Below, piece by piece: positions 17,805 to 27,530 of a stretch of DNA of 64,000 bases (positions are counted from its first letter, which is position 1; each line of letters starts with the position of its first letter). The stretch is from an uncultured cyanobacterium (GTDB lineage: Bacteria > Cyanobacteriota > Cyanobacteriia > Cyanobacteriales > CAWCAG01): the NCBI GenBank assembly GCA_963793425.1, contig CAWCAG010000007.1, positions 32,001 through 96,000 of the forward strand, read 5' to 3'. The translations under genes were made by a program, and so were the position numbers. A model generated the notes under the pieces. It saw nothing but the letters and a program-made list of their open reading frames with translations. It was not told the DNA's origin and searched no databases.

Positions 17805-19466
17805 CTACTTAATTATTGGTAACGTAACCGTAACTGTCGTACCTTGATTTTTTCCTGAACTAGCTATCTTGATACTACCTCCCATCAAAGTAATTAATTT
17901 GTGAGCGATAGATAGTCCTACTCCATTTCCTGCATAGCTGCGGGTTGTTGAACCATCTGCCATAACAAAAGGCTCAAATATTTTTTTGACCTTTTCCGGT
18001 TCGATGCCGATACCTGTGTCTTGGATAGTGGCTAAAGCTAGAGGATTTTTGCCACAATCTGTATGATCCTGAATTTGTATTTTAGTACTAATGGTAATAC
18101 TGCCACTTGCAGTAAATTTAATAGCGTTATCAAGAATATTAAAAAAGACTTGCTTTAGTTTCCTAAAGTTGGCTTTCACCTTAATTGGTTCTAGAGACAA
18201 ATTAACATTAAACTGAAGATTTTTTTGCTGTATTCGAGGCTGCTTTAAAGAAATAGCTTCTTGCAAACAATTACCTAAATCTATTTCCTGTAAATCTAAA
18301 GAAAGTTGTCCGGCCTCAAGGACAGATAAATCTAAAACATCATCAATTAAACTAATTAAATGTAAAGCAGAATTATTAGCTTCCTGGATTAATTCTTGCT
18401 GTTCCTCTTCATCATCATACAAATCATCTTTTAGTATTTGCAGACAACCAGTAATACCATTGAGTGGAGTGCGTAATTCGTGGGAAATATTTTTCAAGAA
18501 CTCATCTTTAAGCTGATTCATTTCTCGCAATGCGAAATTTTTAGCTTCTAGTTGGTTAGTGAAATTGCGTCTTTCTACTTCTATTTGTTTACGTTCAGTT
18601 ATATCTTGAAAAGCAATGATGGCATGACTAATATTACCTGCCAAATCTAAAATTGGTGTTCCCCATACTTCTAAGGGAATAACCTTGCCATCGCGATGAA
18701 TTTCCATGTTATCAACACTACAGCTTTCTCCCTTTAAGGCCCGTATGCTAGGGCTTTGCCATTGAGGATAAGCCAAGTTAGTTCCTGCTAAATAAATGGA
18801 AGTATTAACATCATCTGCTCTCATCTGAGAAGTTTGTTGAAACTTACAGAAAATTTGACAATTACCAAATAAATCTTTTGCTCTTTGATTGCAATAATAA
18901 GTGTTACCATTTCCTTCTAGCACTGCAACTCCTACAGGCATAGCATCTAAAAAAGCCACCATTCTTCTTAAGCTTTCCCGCTCTGCTTGGGTTTTTAGTT
19001 CTAGCATTGCCCAGTGAGTTTCTAGCAAGCGTTGTACTCGCCGACGCAAGACTTGCCATTGTATAGGTTTGGCAATGAAATCTATGGCTCCCACTTCAAA
19101 AGCTCTGTGTACTGATTCCCGGTCATCAAGGGCGGTTACCATTAATACAGGAGGACAATCTTCACCATAAAGCGTATGTAGCTTGGCACAGCAGGTAAAA
19201 CCGTCCATTCCTGGCATCAACCCATCTAACAAGACCATATCCGGTTTTGCTGTAGGAAAAATTTCTAAACAGGCTTCTCCACTATCTGCTTCAAGTACAG
19301 TATAACCCTCCTGCTCCAAAGATTTACGGGAGAGCTGTCTGGTCATTCGATGGTCATCCACCACCAAAATAACCGCAGGCTTTTGCAAAAAGTTTAAACC
19401 TCTTATCTTTTCCACAGAAAAATATCTATTCCCGGAATACAATTGTGAGTGTTTGGGCTTTATCAA
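17805..19466 (-). CDS. Hybrid REC-PAS-histidine kinase
   Basis: ILVVDD / LLDGLMP receiver, PAS-PAC (FQDITERK), [23 protein letters not shown]. Confidence 0.92.
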   Translation of the reverse strand: MIKPKHSQLYSGNRYFSVEKIRGLNFLQKPAVILVVDDHRMTRQLSRKSLEQEGYTVLEADSGEACLEIFPTAKPDMVLLDGLMPGMDGFTCCAKLHTLYGEDCPPVLMVTALDDRESVHRAFEVGAIDFIAKPIQWQVLRRRVQRLLETHWAMLELKTQAERESLRRMVAFLDAMPVGVAVLEGNGNTYYCNQRAKDLFGNCQIFCKFQQTSQMRADDVNTSIYLAGTNLAYPQWQSPSIRALKGESCSVDNMEIHRDGKVIPLEVWGTPILDLAGNISHAIIAFQDITERKQIEVERRNFTNQLEAKNFALREMNQLKDEFLKNISHELRTPLNGITGCLQILKDDLYDDEEEQQELIQEANNSALHLISLIDDVLDLSVLEAGQLSLDLQEIDLGNCLQEAISLKQPRIQQKNLQFNVNLSLEPIKVKANFRKLKQVFFNILDNAIKFTASGSITISTKIQIQDHTDCGKNPLALATIQDTGIGIEPEKVKKIFEPFVMADGSTTRSYAGNGVGLSIAHKLITLMGGSIKIASSGKNQGTTVTVTLPIIK

Positions 19467-19687
19467 ATCAATAAATTACCAGACATTGAATATTTTAGTG
19501 ACTTTATCATCAAAATGCTCAAATATTTTTATATCATAAAACAATGAATAATTAAGCTAATTCTCTATCAGTATCAAGTCTATTGTAGATCAATAATAAA
19601 TAAGAAATTAAGAGTCACATAAATATATTAAGTATACTCGTTTACAGTTACTCAAATACTTTCTGTTTATGTATTTAGGGCTACAGT

Positions 19688-20590
19688 CTAAGCCACCTCT
19701 TTTTGCTTTTGACCGATTAAATTTAGTTTAGCGACTTGGGGTGGAAAGTTTCTTTTGCTTGTTGAACAGGCAGTAGAATAATTTTGCTTCAACTCCCAAA
19801 CTTTGAGAGTAATCACAAACTCGTAGAAGGCTTGCAATACACACCAAGTAAACCCAACCCTACCATCTAACATTCCCCCCAGGAAGAAATACATATAAAT
19901 AAAACGGAATAAAGGACGGCAAGGCAAACGTAAAGACAAATTTTTAAGAGCGCGTCGTCTTTCAACTTCAGTATTCCCAAAAAACAAAGCTTGCCAATTA
20001 ATACTGCCTGATTTTAATTGTTGCAAAGTTTCTGTAGCTTCATCAGTAGAGTAACGGTTATGTTTATCTAGCCAGCGGCTTAAACCTTTACCACAAGTAA
20101 AATGGGGATAAGTCTCTTTTAAAAAGCCTGTAGAACCTTGGCATACTTCTCTTTCTGCATGGCCATAATCATTGAATGAAACAGCATCTTTTCTCAACAA
20201 GCGCATTTGGTAACGAGGATATTGAGTGCTGTGGCGAATCCAATGTCCCATAAACATCACTTTTTCAGCAACATAATAACCAATATGTTGAGGCTTTTTG
20301 ATGGTGGCTAGACATTCTTGAAATAGTTCTGGGGTCATCCTTTCATCAGCTTCTAAAATATAAGCCCATTTATATTTAGTAGGAATATTTCTTAGCATCC
20401 AACTGCGCTGTTTACCATGACTTTCAAAGCGATGTTGAGCAATACGGACAGGATATTCTGTAGCAATTCTGATAGTATTATCCGTACTGAAAGAGTCTAC
20501 TACTATGACATCATCGCTGTATAAAGCTGATTCTATACAAGCAGCAATATCTAATTCTTCGTTATGGGTGAGGATGTAAATAGAGAACAT
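19688..20590 (-). CDS. Glycosyltransferase family 2
   Basis: SIYILTHNEE, VVDSFSTD.T, ILEADE, KHNRYS. Confidence 0.9.
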   Translation of the reverse strand: MFSIYILTHNEELDIAACIESALYSDDVIVVDSFSTDNTIRIATEYPVRIAQHRFESHGKQRSWMLRNIPTKYKWAYILEADERMTPELFQECLATIKKPQHIGYYVAEKVMFMGHWIRHSTQYPRYQMRLLRKDAVSFNDYGHAEREVCQGSTGFLKETYPHFTCGKGLSRWLDKHNRYSTDEATETLQQLKSGSINWQALFFGNTEVERRRALKNLSLRLPCRPLFRFIYMYFFLGGMLDGRVGFTWCVLQAFYEFVITLKVWELKQNYSTACSTSKRNFPPQVAKLNLIGQKQKEVA

Positions 20591-20880
20591 TAGTTAAACC
20601 TGGGAAGCAATTTGTCGAGTTATTCTGGATTTGGTTAACTTCCAAGTTAAGCTAAATGGTTCCTCAGTAATATTTTTTTTTGGTAAAAAATTCCTCTAGT
20701 TTTACGAAGATTCTATGAAGTTGAAAAATAATCATCAAAGCCTTGATTTAGTTGCGATCAAGACTCTATTTGCTAATGCTCATGAGAAAGGAGAGAAACA
20801 GCATTATCACTTGTTTCCCTCCTGAAAGTCTTTGTGAGCGTAATTATTAAGCAGGCTGTCAGGACTAAATAATCAATAAA

Positions 20881-21093
20881 TTAAGCTTCGTCATAAGCTT
20901 CAATATCTAGTAAATGAAGATAAGGCTTAGCTAATTCAGTACGTTGAAAAGCAATAGCCCGCAAAAGATGCCAATCTGACAAAGCTTCAAAAGGACTAGA
21001 ATACTCGTCTTTTTCTAAACGTTTAGCCAAATTTGCCACCTCATCTGATGTTAAAGCAGAAATTTTTTGTTTGGAAATACTTAGTGTTGTCAT
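20881..21093 (-). CDS. DUF2555 family small protein (IsiD-like)
   Basis: LAKRLE.D.Y..PF..L.DWHLLRAIAFQR.EL..PY.HLLDIE..DE. Confidence 0.8.
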   Translation of the reverse strand: MTTLSISKQKISALTSDEVANLAKRLEKDEYSSPFEALSDWHLLRAIAFQRTELAKPYLHLLDIEAYDEA

Positions 21094-21226
21094 TACCTTA
21101 CTTCCCCAAGATACTTAAGTACCAAATATAGTTTAACTCCCTCAAGGACAATTTATTCTTTAATTTATTTATCTGCTCCATCTCGGATAAAATTGAGCAT
21201 GATATGCAAGCAATATATACATTCAG

Positions 21227-22192
21227 ATGCGAATATTAGCTCTTGTTCCCGGCGGAATTGGCGATCAAATTCTGTTCTTCCCAACTCTTGCTGACCTCAA
21301 GCAGCACTATGAAGATGCCACCATTGATGTCATGGTGGAACTTCGCGCAAAAAGTGCTTACAGAGTTTGTCAATCTGTCCATGAGGTACTTACTTTTAAT
21401 TTTCCCGACCGCAATGGCATGGCAGACTATCTCAACCTCTTGGGAGTTGTCCGCGATCGCGAATACGATATTGCTATTTCTGTTGGTAATAATTGGACTG
21501 TGGGTTTACTACTTTGGCTTAATGGTATTCCTGTGCGAGTTGGCTACCAGGTTTCTAATTCTTGGTTTTTAACTAGTGCTGTACCTTTAAAAACAGAACA
21601 GTACGCCGCTTATAGATACCACGATCTTCTTCAAGGTTTGGGTATTCATACCCCTTGTCCTCAACCTCAAGTCAATGTCCCTAAACAAGATATTGCTTGG
21701 GCTGAAGAAGAACAAAAATCTTTAGGCATTGCTGAAAGTGGCTACATCCTACTCTATAGTGAGGCGAGTAAAATTTCTCCATCTAAGGGAATTAACAAAA
21801 TTTATCCTGTGACAAAATGGCAGCAAGTCGTTGAGGATATTCATACCAAACAGCCTGAATTACCTATTGTTCTTTTACAAAGTCCAGATGACGACGAAGA
21901 ATGGCTAGCAATGATGAAACAAGCTTGTCCAAACCTCAAGGTGATTGTGCCAGGAGATATTGGTAAGCTAGCAGCAACTATTGCTGGGGCTAATTTGATG
22001 TTGTGTACCGATAGCGCCCCTTTGTATTTATCCTTAGCTGTGGGAACCTATACTATTGCTCTTTTTGGTCTTACAGAAGCTAAAAAGCGCCTCCCTCCTA
22101 ATAGTGAAAGTTGTGTAGGTATTCAATCTCCTACTCAGGCGATCGCAGATATTGAACCCCAAAAAATTCTTGAACAAATGTGGCGGAGTTAA
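21227..22192 (+). CDS. Glycosyltransferase family 9 (heptosyltransferase-like)
   Basis: PGGIGDQILFFP, K.YP...W, LCTDSAP..L..AVG..TIALFG. Confidence 0.9.
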   Translation: MRILALVPGGIGDQILFFPTLADLKQHYEDATIDVMVELRAKSAYRVCQSVHEVLTFNFPDRNGMADYLNLLGVVRDREYDIAISVGNNWTVGLLLWLNGIPVRVGYQVSNSWFLTSAVPLKTEQYAAYRYHDLLQGLGIHTPCPQPQVNVPKQDIAWAEEEQKSLGIAESGYILLYSEASKISPSKGINKIYPVTKWQQVVEDIHTKQPELPIVLLQSPDDDEEWLAMMKQACPNLKVIVPGDIGKLAATIAGANLMLCTDSAPLYLSLAVGTYTIALFGLTEAKKRLPPNSESCVGIQSPTQAIADIEPQKILEQMWRS

Positions 22193-22249
22193 AAGGAAAG
22201 TTTTTTCTTGCGGTGAAGCCTTCAAGGTTATTGAGGGCTTCATCAGCAC

Positions 22250-23116
22250 TTACCTCTTTTGAGGAAAATGGTAAACTAGCGACTCTATCATTGACAAACT
22301 TCCCCAGTATTGTCCTTGGGGTTTCTTAATAAGGTATTTCCACTGCTCTTTTTCAAGAACTTTAGATTCTGAGTACAAATAGTCTATTAAACGCGGTTTA
22401 GCAATAGTTTGCCATGCTCCTTGAGTTAGCATTTGATTTGTTTCATCTAAGCGTAACCAACAAACCTTAACTGTATCAGATAAATAGACCATACCATTGT
22501 GAGCAACGAGGGATGCTAGGTGATTAAGAAATTGTTCTTCGAGTTTCCTAACGAATTGCCACAGAGGCTTTCGCCATTCTGGATCTGAAGTGAGGGCAGA
22601 TAGAGATTGAGGGAAATGGTGTAAGAAAATAGATTCTATTTCTTGTCGCACCAAGGCTGATATTCGGGTAAGCATTCCTGAACAAACAATCAGGTTATAT
22701 TTTGGTTCAGGTGTTGGTTTACAGAAATGCAGTGGTGTGGAGATTAGTAGTTGCCCCAAAGCTTGTAAACAGGATGAAGGATTCTGGGCAACGGCAGCTA
22801 TTTCTTCAGCTTGTGGTGTAATAGTTGCCAGGATGCAAGTTAAATCTTCCTGGTAAAAAGTGTAAGTATGATTGCCCAAAGAACGCTTCCGAGAGATTAA
22901 TTCTACAATCCCTGCATCCTTTTCTACAAGATCAACTTGAATAAATCTCCTACCCAAAATATCCAGGGGAACTTCTTCACATCCGCTACTACTCAAAACC
23001 AAGGCACGCCCTGTCCCTGCCATTTTAGTAGCATACTGAATTAAATCTTTGCTATTTTGCAGATGAGCTTGGGCATTTCTTTCCACAAAGGAGAGTGATT
23101 TTTCTAATTCAGTCAT
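22250..23116 (-). CDS. Hypothetical protein with probable class I SAM-dependent methyltransferase-like fold (degenerate motif I)
   Basis: RALVLSSSGCEEVPL...F.QVDLVEKD...FYQEDLT...YNLIVCSGML...LVAHNGMVYLSD follows the Rossmann MTase motif order. Confidence 0.5.
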   Translation of the reverse strand: MTELEKSLSFVERNAQAHLQNSKDLIQYATKMAGTGRALVLSSSGCEEVPLDILGRRFIQVDLVEKDAGIVELISRKRSLGNHTYTFYQEDLTCILATITPQAEEIAAVAQNPSSCLQALGQLLISTPLHFCKPTPEPKYNLIVCSGMLTRISALVRQEIESIFLHHFPQSLSALTSDPEWRKPLWQFVRKLEEQFLNHLASLVAHNGMVYLSDTVKVCWLRLDETNQMLTQGAWQTIAKPRLIDYLYSESKVLEKEQWKYLIKKPQGQYWGSLSMIESLVYHFPQKR

Positions 23117-23137
23117 TAATTACAAATCCTTTGTGGG

Positions 23138-24274
23138 TTAACTATCAAGGAGTACGTAACCTAGGGGTTGGGCAAATATTTCTTCTTGATTGTCTTTATT
23201 GATCACCATCCAGTTACCTCTTTCTGGTAGGTTTTCTGTATTAGTTTGTTCATAGTACATAATGATAGCTTCGGGAGTTGGTTCAACTAACAACAGTTTT
23301 GATTCTTCTTTTGCTGTTTCTTGTTGCTGATGTTGTTCTAGCAATTCATCAATATCCCCAAACATCCCGTTTAAGTATGATTCCAGGATTTCTCTTCCTT
23401 CAGAGTTAGGGCAAATTTTAATTGCTTCTAAGGCTTGTTCCCTTTCTTTTAATGCTGCCCAAATCAAAAAACTTTTGGTATCTATTTTGTCTAGAATTGC
23501 TTTGATTTCCTCTGCATGGGTAGCAATTTCTTCAGCCGTCTACCCAATCAAAAGTTGGTCACGCTCCGGGAATGTTCCAACTGCTAAACCATAGATCAAA
23601 GGTAAAGTTATTTTTCCCTGCTGCAAGTCTGTTATACTATCGGGATACCAAATCGATTCCATATCTTAAAGATTTGGAGAGCAAGTGCCAAGATGATAAC
23701 CAAAAATACCACAAGCTTGGATTAATTCAGGATTTCCTGTTCCTACCATTGCTCCAGTTGCACAAGCAGTGGCATAGAAAGCGGTAGTTTTTCTTTCGAT
23801 AGTTGACCAGTAATCTGCCACCGTCTTAGTTAATCCTGCTAAATCTCGATCCTGACCTGCGGCTATGGTAAAAAAAGTATCAATATAGGCTTGATTGATT
23901 TCTTTGAATAGTTGATGAGGAAAAGGCGCTTGGTTGAGTATCTGACAAGCTAAGTTATGGATCGCACAGGCAAAGTTCCACGCCCGCGCTGTTCCTACTT
24001 CTTCCCACAGTTGTTGAGGTCTATCCTGGTCTTCTAATTCATCAAGAATGCGCCAAGATGCCATAAAACTCACTAAAGCTGCGGCTACAGGAGTAGCATA
24101 AGCAAGGTTTCCTTCCACAGCTTGACAAGACGCTAAAGGTAGAATCGCTTCAGCTATCATCGGGTCAGTAAATTTTTTTAGCTGAACTTCTAATTGAGGC
24201 AATTCATAGGGAATTGAGTTTTTAATCAGTTCTCTAATTTCCGGATAGAGATCGTGGAGAGAGGTTATTTCCAT
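23138..24274 (-). pseudogene. Class I isoprenyl-diphosphate-synthase-like (ComQ-like) prenyltransferase interrupted by in-frame TAA (23666-23668) and TAG (23540-23542)
   Basis: ORFs 23666..24274 and 23138..23467 share a frame; motifs ILDELEDQD, GQDRDL, IERKT, FGYHLG; between the stops the frame reads DMESIWYPDSITDLQQGKITLPLIYGL; LALQIF appears in a shifted frame. Confidence 0.8.
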
Positions 24275-24316
24275 ACATTTATATTTACCACTTGAAAAGC
24301 TTAGCAGGGAAAATAG

Positions 24317-25450
24317 TTATGGATCTCTCCAGACAAACTCTCCTTTTTTATTGATATAGCCACAATTACTAACCCTAAGACAGGCCCGAGCTAATTCCCC
24401 TTGAAAAGGATCTCCATAATTAAATTTCATCGGAATAGCAATCTCCCCTATTTTATCAATGTAGCCCCAAAGATTTCCGTCTTTACTAACTCCAGCTAGT
24501 CCCTCTGAGAAGGGTTGTGTTTCTGCAAACTCTGCCTTTATAACCATTTCTCCTATTTTATCAATGTAACCCCACTTTCCTTCTGTAAGATACTGGGCCA
24601 TTGATGCTGGCACAGACCCTGTTTTCACTTGAGCTAACCCCTCGGAGAACTTTCTAACAACATAAAACTGAGGTTCAATAACTATTCTGCCTCTCTTGTC
24701 CATATAGCCACGTCCTTGATCTGTAACAATTGGAGCTAATCCTTCGTCAAAGCCTGAAGGAATCGATGTTATTTTTCTTGAAAAACGGAAAGCTGGTTTG
24801 CCTCGCTTATCAATAAAGCCAATCCAAGTCGGCGCTCCCTCCCTTCCATCTATAAGGGCTAACCCTTCTTGAAAATCTTCAGCTATGAATATTGTTGCTG
24901 GAATTACCATCTCACCAGCTTTATTGATGTAGCCCATATCACCCTGCTCTAGTTTGACAGCAGCTAAACCGTCAGAAAAGTTGCCAGAATAAACAGGGTC
25001 GAACTGTGGAGGAACCACTAGCCCACCAACTTTATTGATGTATCCTAACTTATCATCAATGATTATCCCGGCCATTCCTTCTGAGAAATTACGTACGCTA
25101 TCAAACTGGGGAGTAATGGCTATTTTGCCTGTGGTATCAATGTAACCCCATTTACCTTCAAGTTCTTGATTAAATGGTGCTAGTCCTCCAGAAAAACTTC
25201 TGACTTGGTAAAACTGAGGTTTAATAACTATCTCACCTGTTGCGTCAATATAACCCCACTGATCATCTACCTCAACAGGGTATAGCTCTAAGCTAGGTTC
25301 AGTTTCTGCTTTGTTCTCTACTGTACTACTGGATAGTGAAGTAGCTTGGGGTGAACTACAAGCGCTTAGAGTTGAGGCTACCAGAAAGCATGAGATAGCA
25401 ATCTTCAGAAAATACTTGAGTTGATAAAGATTGTGCATGAATGCCCTCAT
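24317..25450 (-). CDS. WG-repeat lipoprotein (candidate immunity protein)
   Basis: Signal peptide with lipobox LSAC; about 8 repeats of WGYID..G...I.PQF....FSEGLA. Confidence 0.9.
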   Translation of the reverse strand: MRAFMHNLYQLKYFLKIAISCFLVASTLSACSSPQATSLSSSTVENKAETEPSLELYPVEVDDQWGYIDATGEIVIKPQFYQVRSFSGGLAPFNQELEGKWGYIDTTGKIAITPQFDSVRNFSEGMAGIIIDDKLGYINKVGGLVVPPQFDPVYSGNFSDGLAAVKLEQGDMGYINKAGEMVIPATIFIAEDFQEGLALIDGREGAPTWIGFIDKRGKPAFRFSRKITSIPSGFDEGLAPIVTDQGRGYMDKRGRIVIEPQFYVVRKFSEGLAQVKTGSVPASMAQYLTEGKWGYIDKIGEMVIKAEFAETQPFSEGLAGVSKDGNLWGYIDKIGEIAIPMKFNYGDPFQGELARACLRVSNCGYINKKGEFVWRDP

Positions 25451-25500
25451 TATTACCGAAATAATATAATCTAAACCTTCACATACAGATTAGGATATAA

Positions 25501-27136
25501 CTACCCCCTGTTAGAATCGTCTACTCTCGCAACACTTCCTATATGTCCACTACCATGGCGTTTGTTAATTATGTGCCTAAAGACTTTGCGCCAATTACCC
25601 GTAACGCTTATACATCCTGCCGAATAGTCACCACGATGTACGTACTCATCACCTTGTGGACCGTCCTTAATCCTAAACCAGACATCGCTATATTTCCCAT
25701 ATGCAGAAGCATCGTTATGAGGATTATCTGGTATATTTACTGCATATGTAGTACCCTTTTTGATCATATCCACTCCGCTCGGAACCTCTATCTCCGCTTT
25801 CTCTTCACCGCCACCATACTGTAAAACTCCTCTACTAAGAATAGGTTTACCCTCTGCATCGGTTTTGACTGTCTCTTGCCAGAAAACCATATGAGCTGGG
25901 CCACCCCAACTCATAGGTTTGGCAACTCCTAGTTGCAGACGAACTATCTGATTTAGCTCGTCTCCTTCTGCTACCACCACATAATCACGATTGTACTGTT
26001 TTTTGTAATAGTTAACCTTCTGGCTATGAAATAAAGATACCCGATTTTCCTGTTTCTCACCCCCAGTGGTATCAAACCCTTGGATGAATCCTTGAGTCTG
26101 ATTGTGACTCAAAGCATCAATACCCAATCTTGTTCCTCTAGGAAAAGAAGGTGTTTGTTCCTGGTTGGGATCTTCTTCTGATCTGGGACGAACTTGCCTC
26201 CTTAAAGTCTTTGAATTATCTTTCTGATGTATAGCTGAAGAGCTAGCTGGCTCTAAAACTTGTCGTTGGGAAGCAGCAATCTTATCTATCGAATTTCCTT
26301 TCTTAAAATTCTCAATCTCCTGACGATAAATAGCAGGATCATGATTGCCATTACCTTTCAAAGATTGTAGATGAGTCAACACCTCACTCTTCGGCGTAGA
26401 AACTTCCTTCCTACTAACCTTATTCTGTTGACTCTTCTTTTGTACCCCAGCACCTCCTTGCTGCACCACATGGGTTAACTCATGGGCAATCAACTCCTGC
26501 CCACTCCCACTCTTAGGTGCATAAGCACCTTGACGGAAAAAGACATCTTTTCCTGTGGCAAAGGCTTTTGCTTGTAGGGAATGATTTAACTGATCTGCTT
26601 CAGGATTAGTATGTACTTTCACCCCACTAAAATCTGCCCCCATCGCTTCACCCATCTTCCCTTGTAAGTCTGGGGCTAAGGGCTGTCCACCACCTTTAGC
26701 AGAATTAATCTTGCTTTCTATCTCTGATGAAGCTGCTCCCCCTTTCCCTTCTCCTTTGAGTTGCAACTCTGGCTGACTAACTGCTTGACGCTGTATGTTG
26801 TTATTCCCTTCATTAGGAGTTTCTGGGGCAGAGGGAGCATTAATTTTCTGCACTACTTCTGCGGCTACAGAATCTGCTTCTTGTTCATATTTATCCCCAA
26901 CTTCTCCAATGTTTAACTTAGTTTGAATTGGTTGCTCTGGGGCAGATTTAGAGAAGTCAACCATATGGTCACCAAGGCGCTCTGCATTCGCCCGGCTAAT
27001 TGCCATTTCTTCTAAAGTCAGACCCTTTTTTTTGTTGCTGTACGGGAAGTTGTTGATGCTTTTTATGTAAATTTGAAGGTGATGAAGATTTGGCTGGTTG
27101 GAAAGTGGGCTTTTTGATGTGCTGATATTTTCCCAT
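25501..27136 (-). CDS. DUF4157 (eCIS core) domain effector with C-terminal L,D-transpeptidase/Tlde1-like domain; ORF track starts at 27006, likely true ATG at 27136 is separated by a frameshift at an A8 run
   Basis: IQTKLNIGEVGDKYEQEAD.VA; PL......MGEAMGADFSGVKVHT...A.AF.TG.DVFF..G.Y.P....GQELIAHELTHVVQQ; C-terminal IPDNPH...WFRI...YVHRGDYSAGCISV. Confidence 0.85.
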
Positions 27137-27530
27137 GATTAGCCTTTAAGTAACTTCTGGAATATTGAGTTGCATTGGTAAGACGAAGATGATGATAAGA
27201 ATTATACCGACAAACTTTAGGTATTAGTTAATTTAATTTGAGAAACTTTAGACTGAAAGTTTCTATTCTTGATTTGCTGATTAAGACGATTTTCTTTAAG
27301 AATATGCTTGGCGATCGCAACTCTACAAAAATCAAACTTCATTTCTTAATATTAGAAACAAGATAAATAATTTAAAAGCATATTAATAAGTAGTCGTAGA
27401 TTGGGTTAGGCGTAAATAAACCTAGGGAGAAATCCGGCAATTACCTTTGTTGCCGCAACCCAACAAAACTTTTTGTTTTAACTCTTCTAGGTTGCCTATG
27501 ATTAATCATAGTTTCAACAGGAGGGCAATC

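Noticed and set aside
23540..23668. Stop-codon readthrough or recoding of the two in-frame stops in the prenyltransferase
   Set aside because: Conserved residues (LALQIF) appear in a shifted frame, pointing to indels; other genes in the window end normally at TAA/TAG
24330..25270. DNA-level repeats such as TTTATCAATGTA(A/G)CCCCA
   Set aside because: Explained by the WG protein repeats (WGYIDK)
27395..27465. GTAG-led REP-like remnants (also near 5538, 38368 and 52322)
   Set aside because: Too degenerate to delimit, and no transposase in the window
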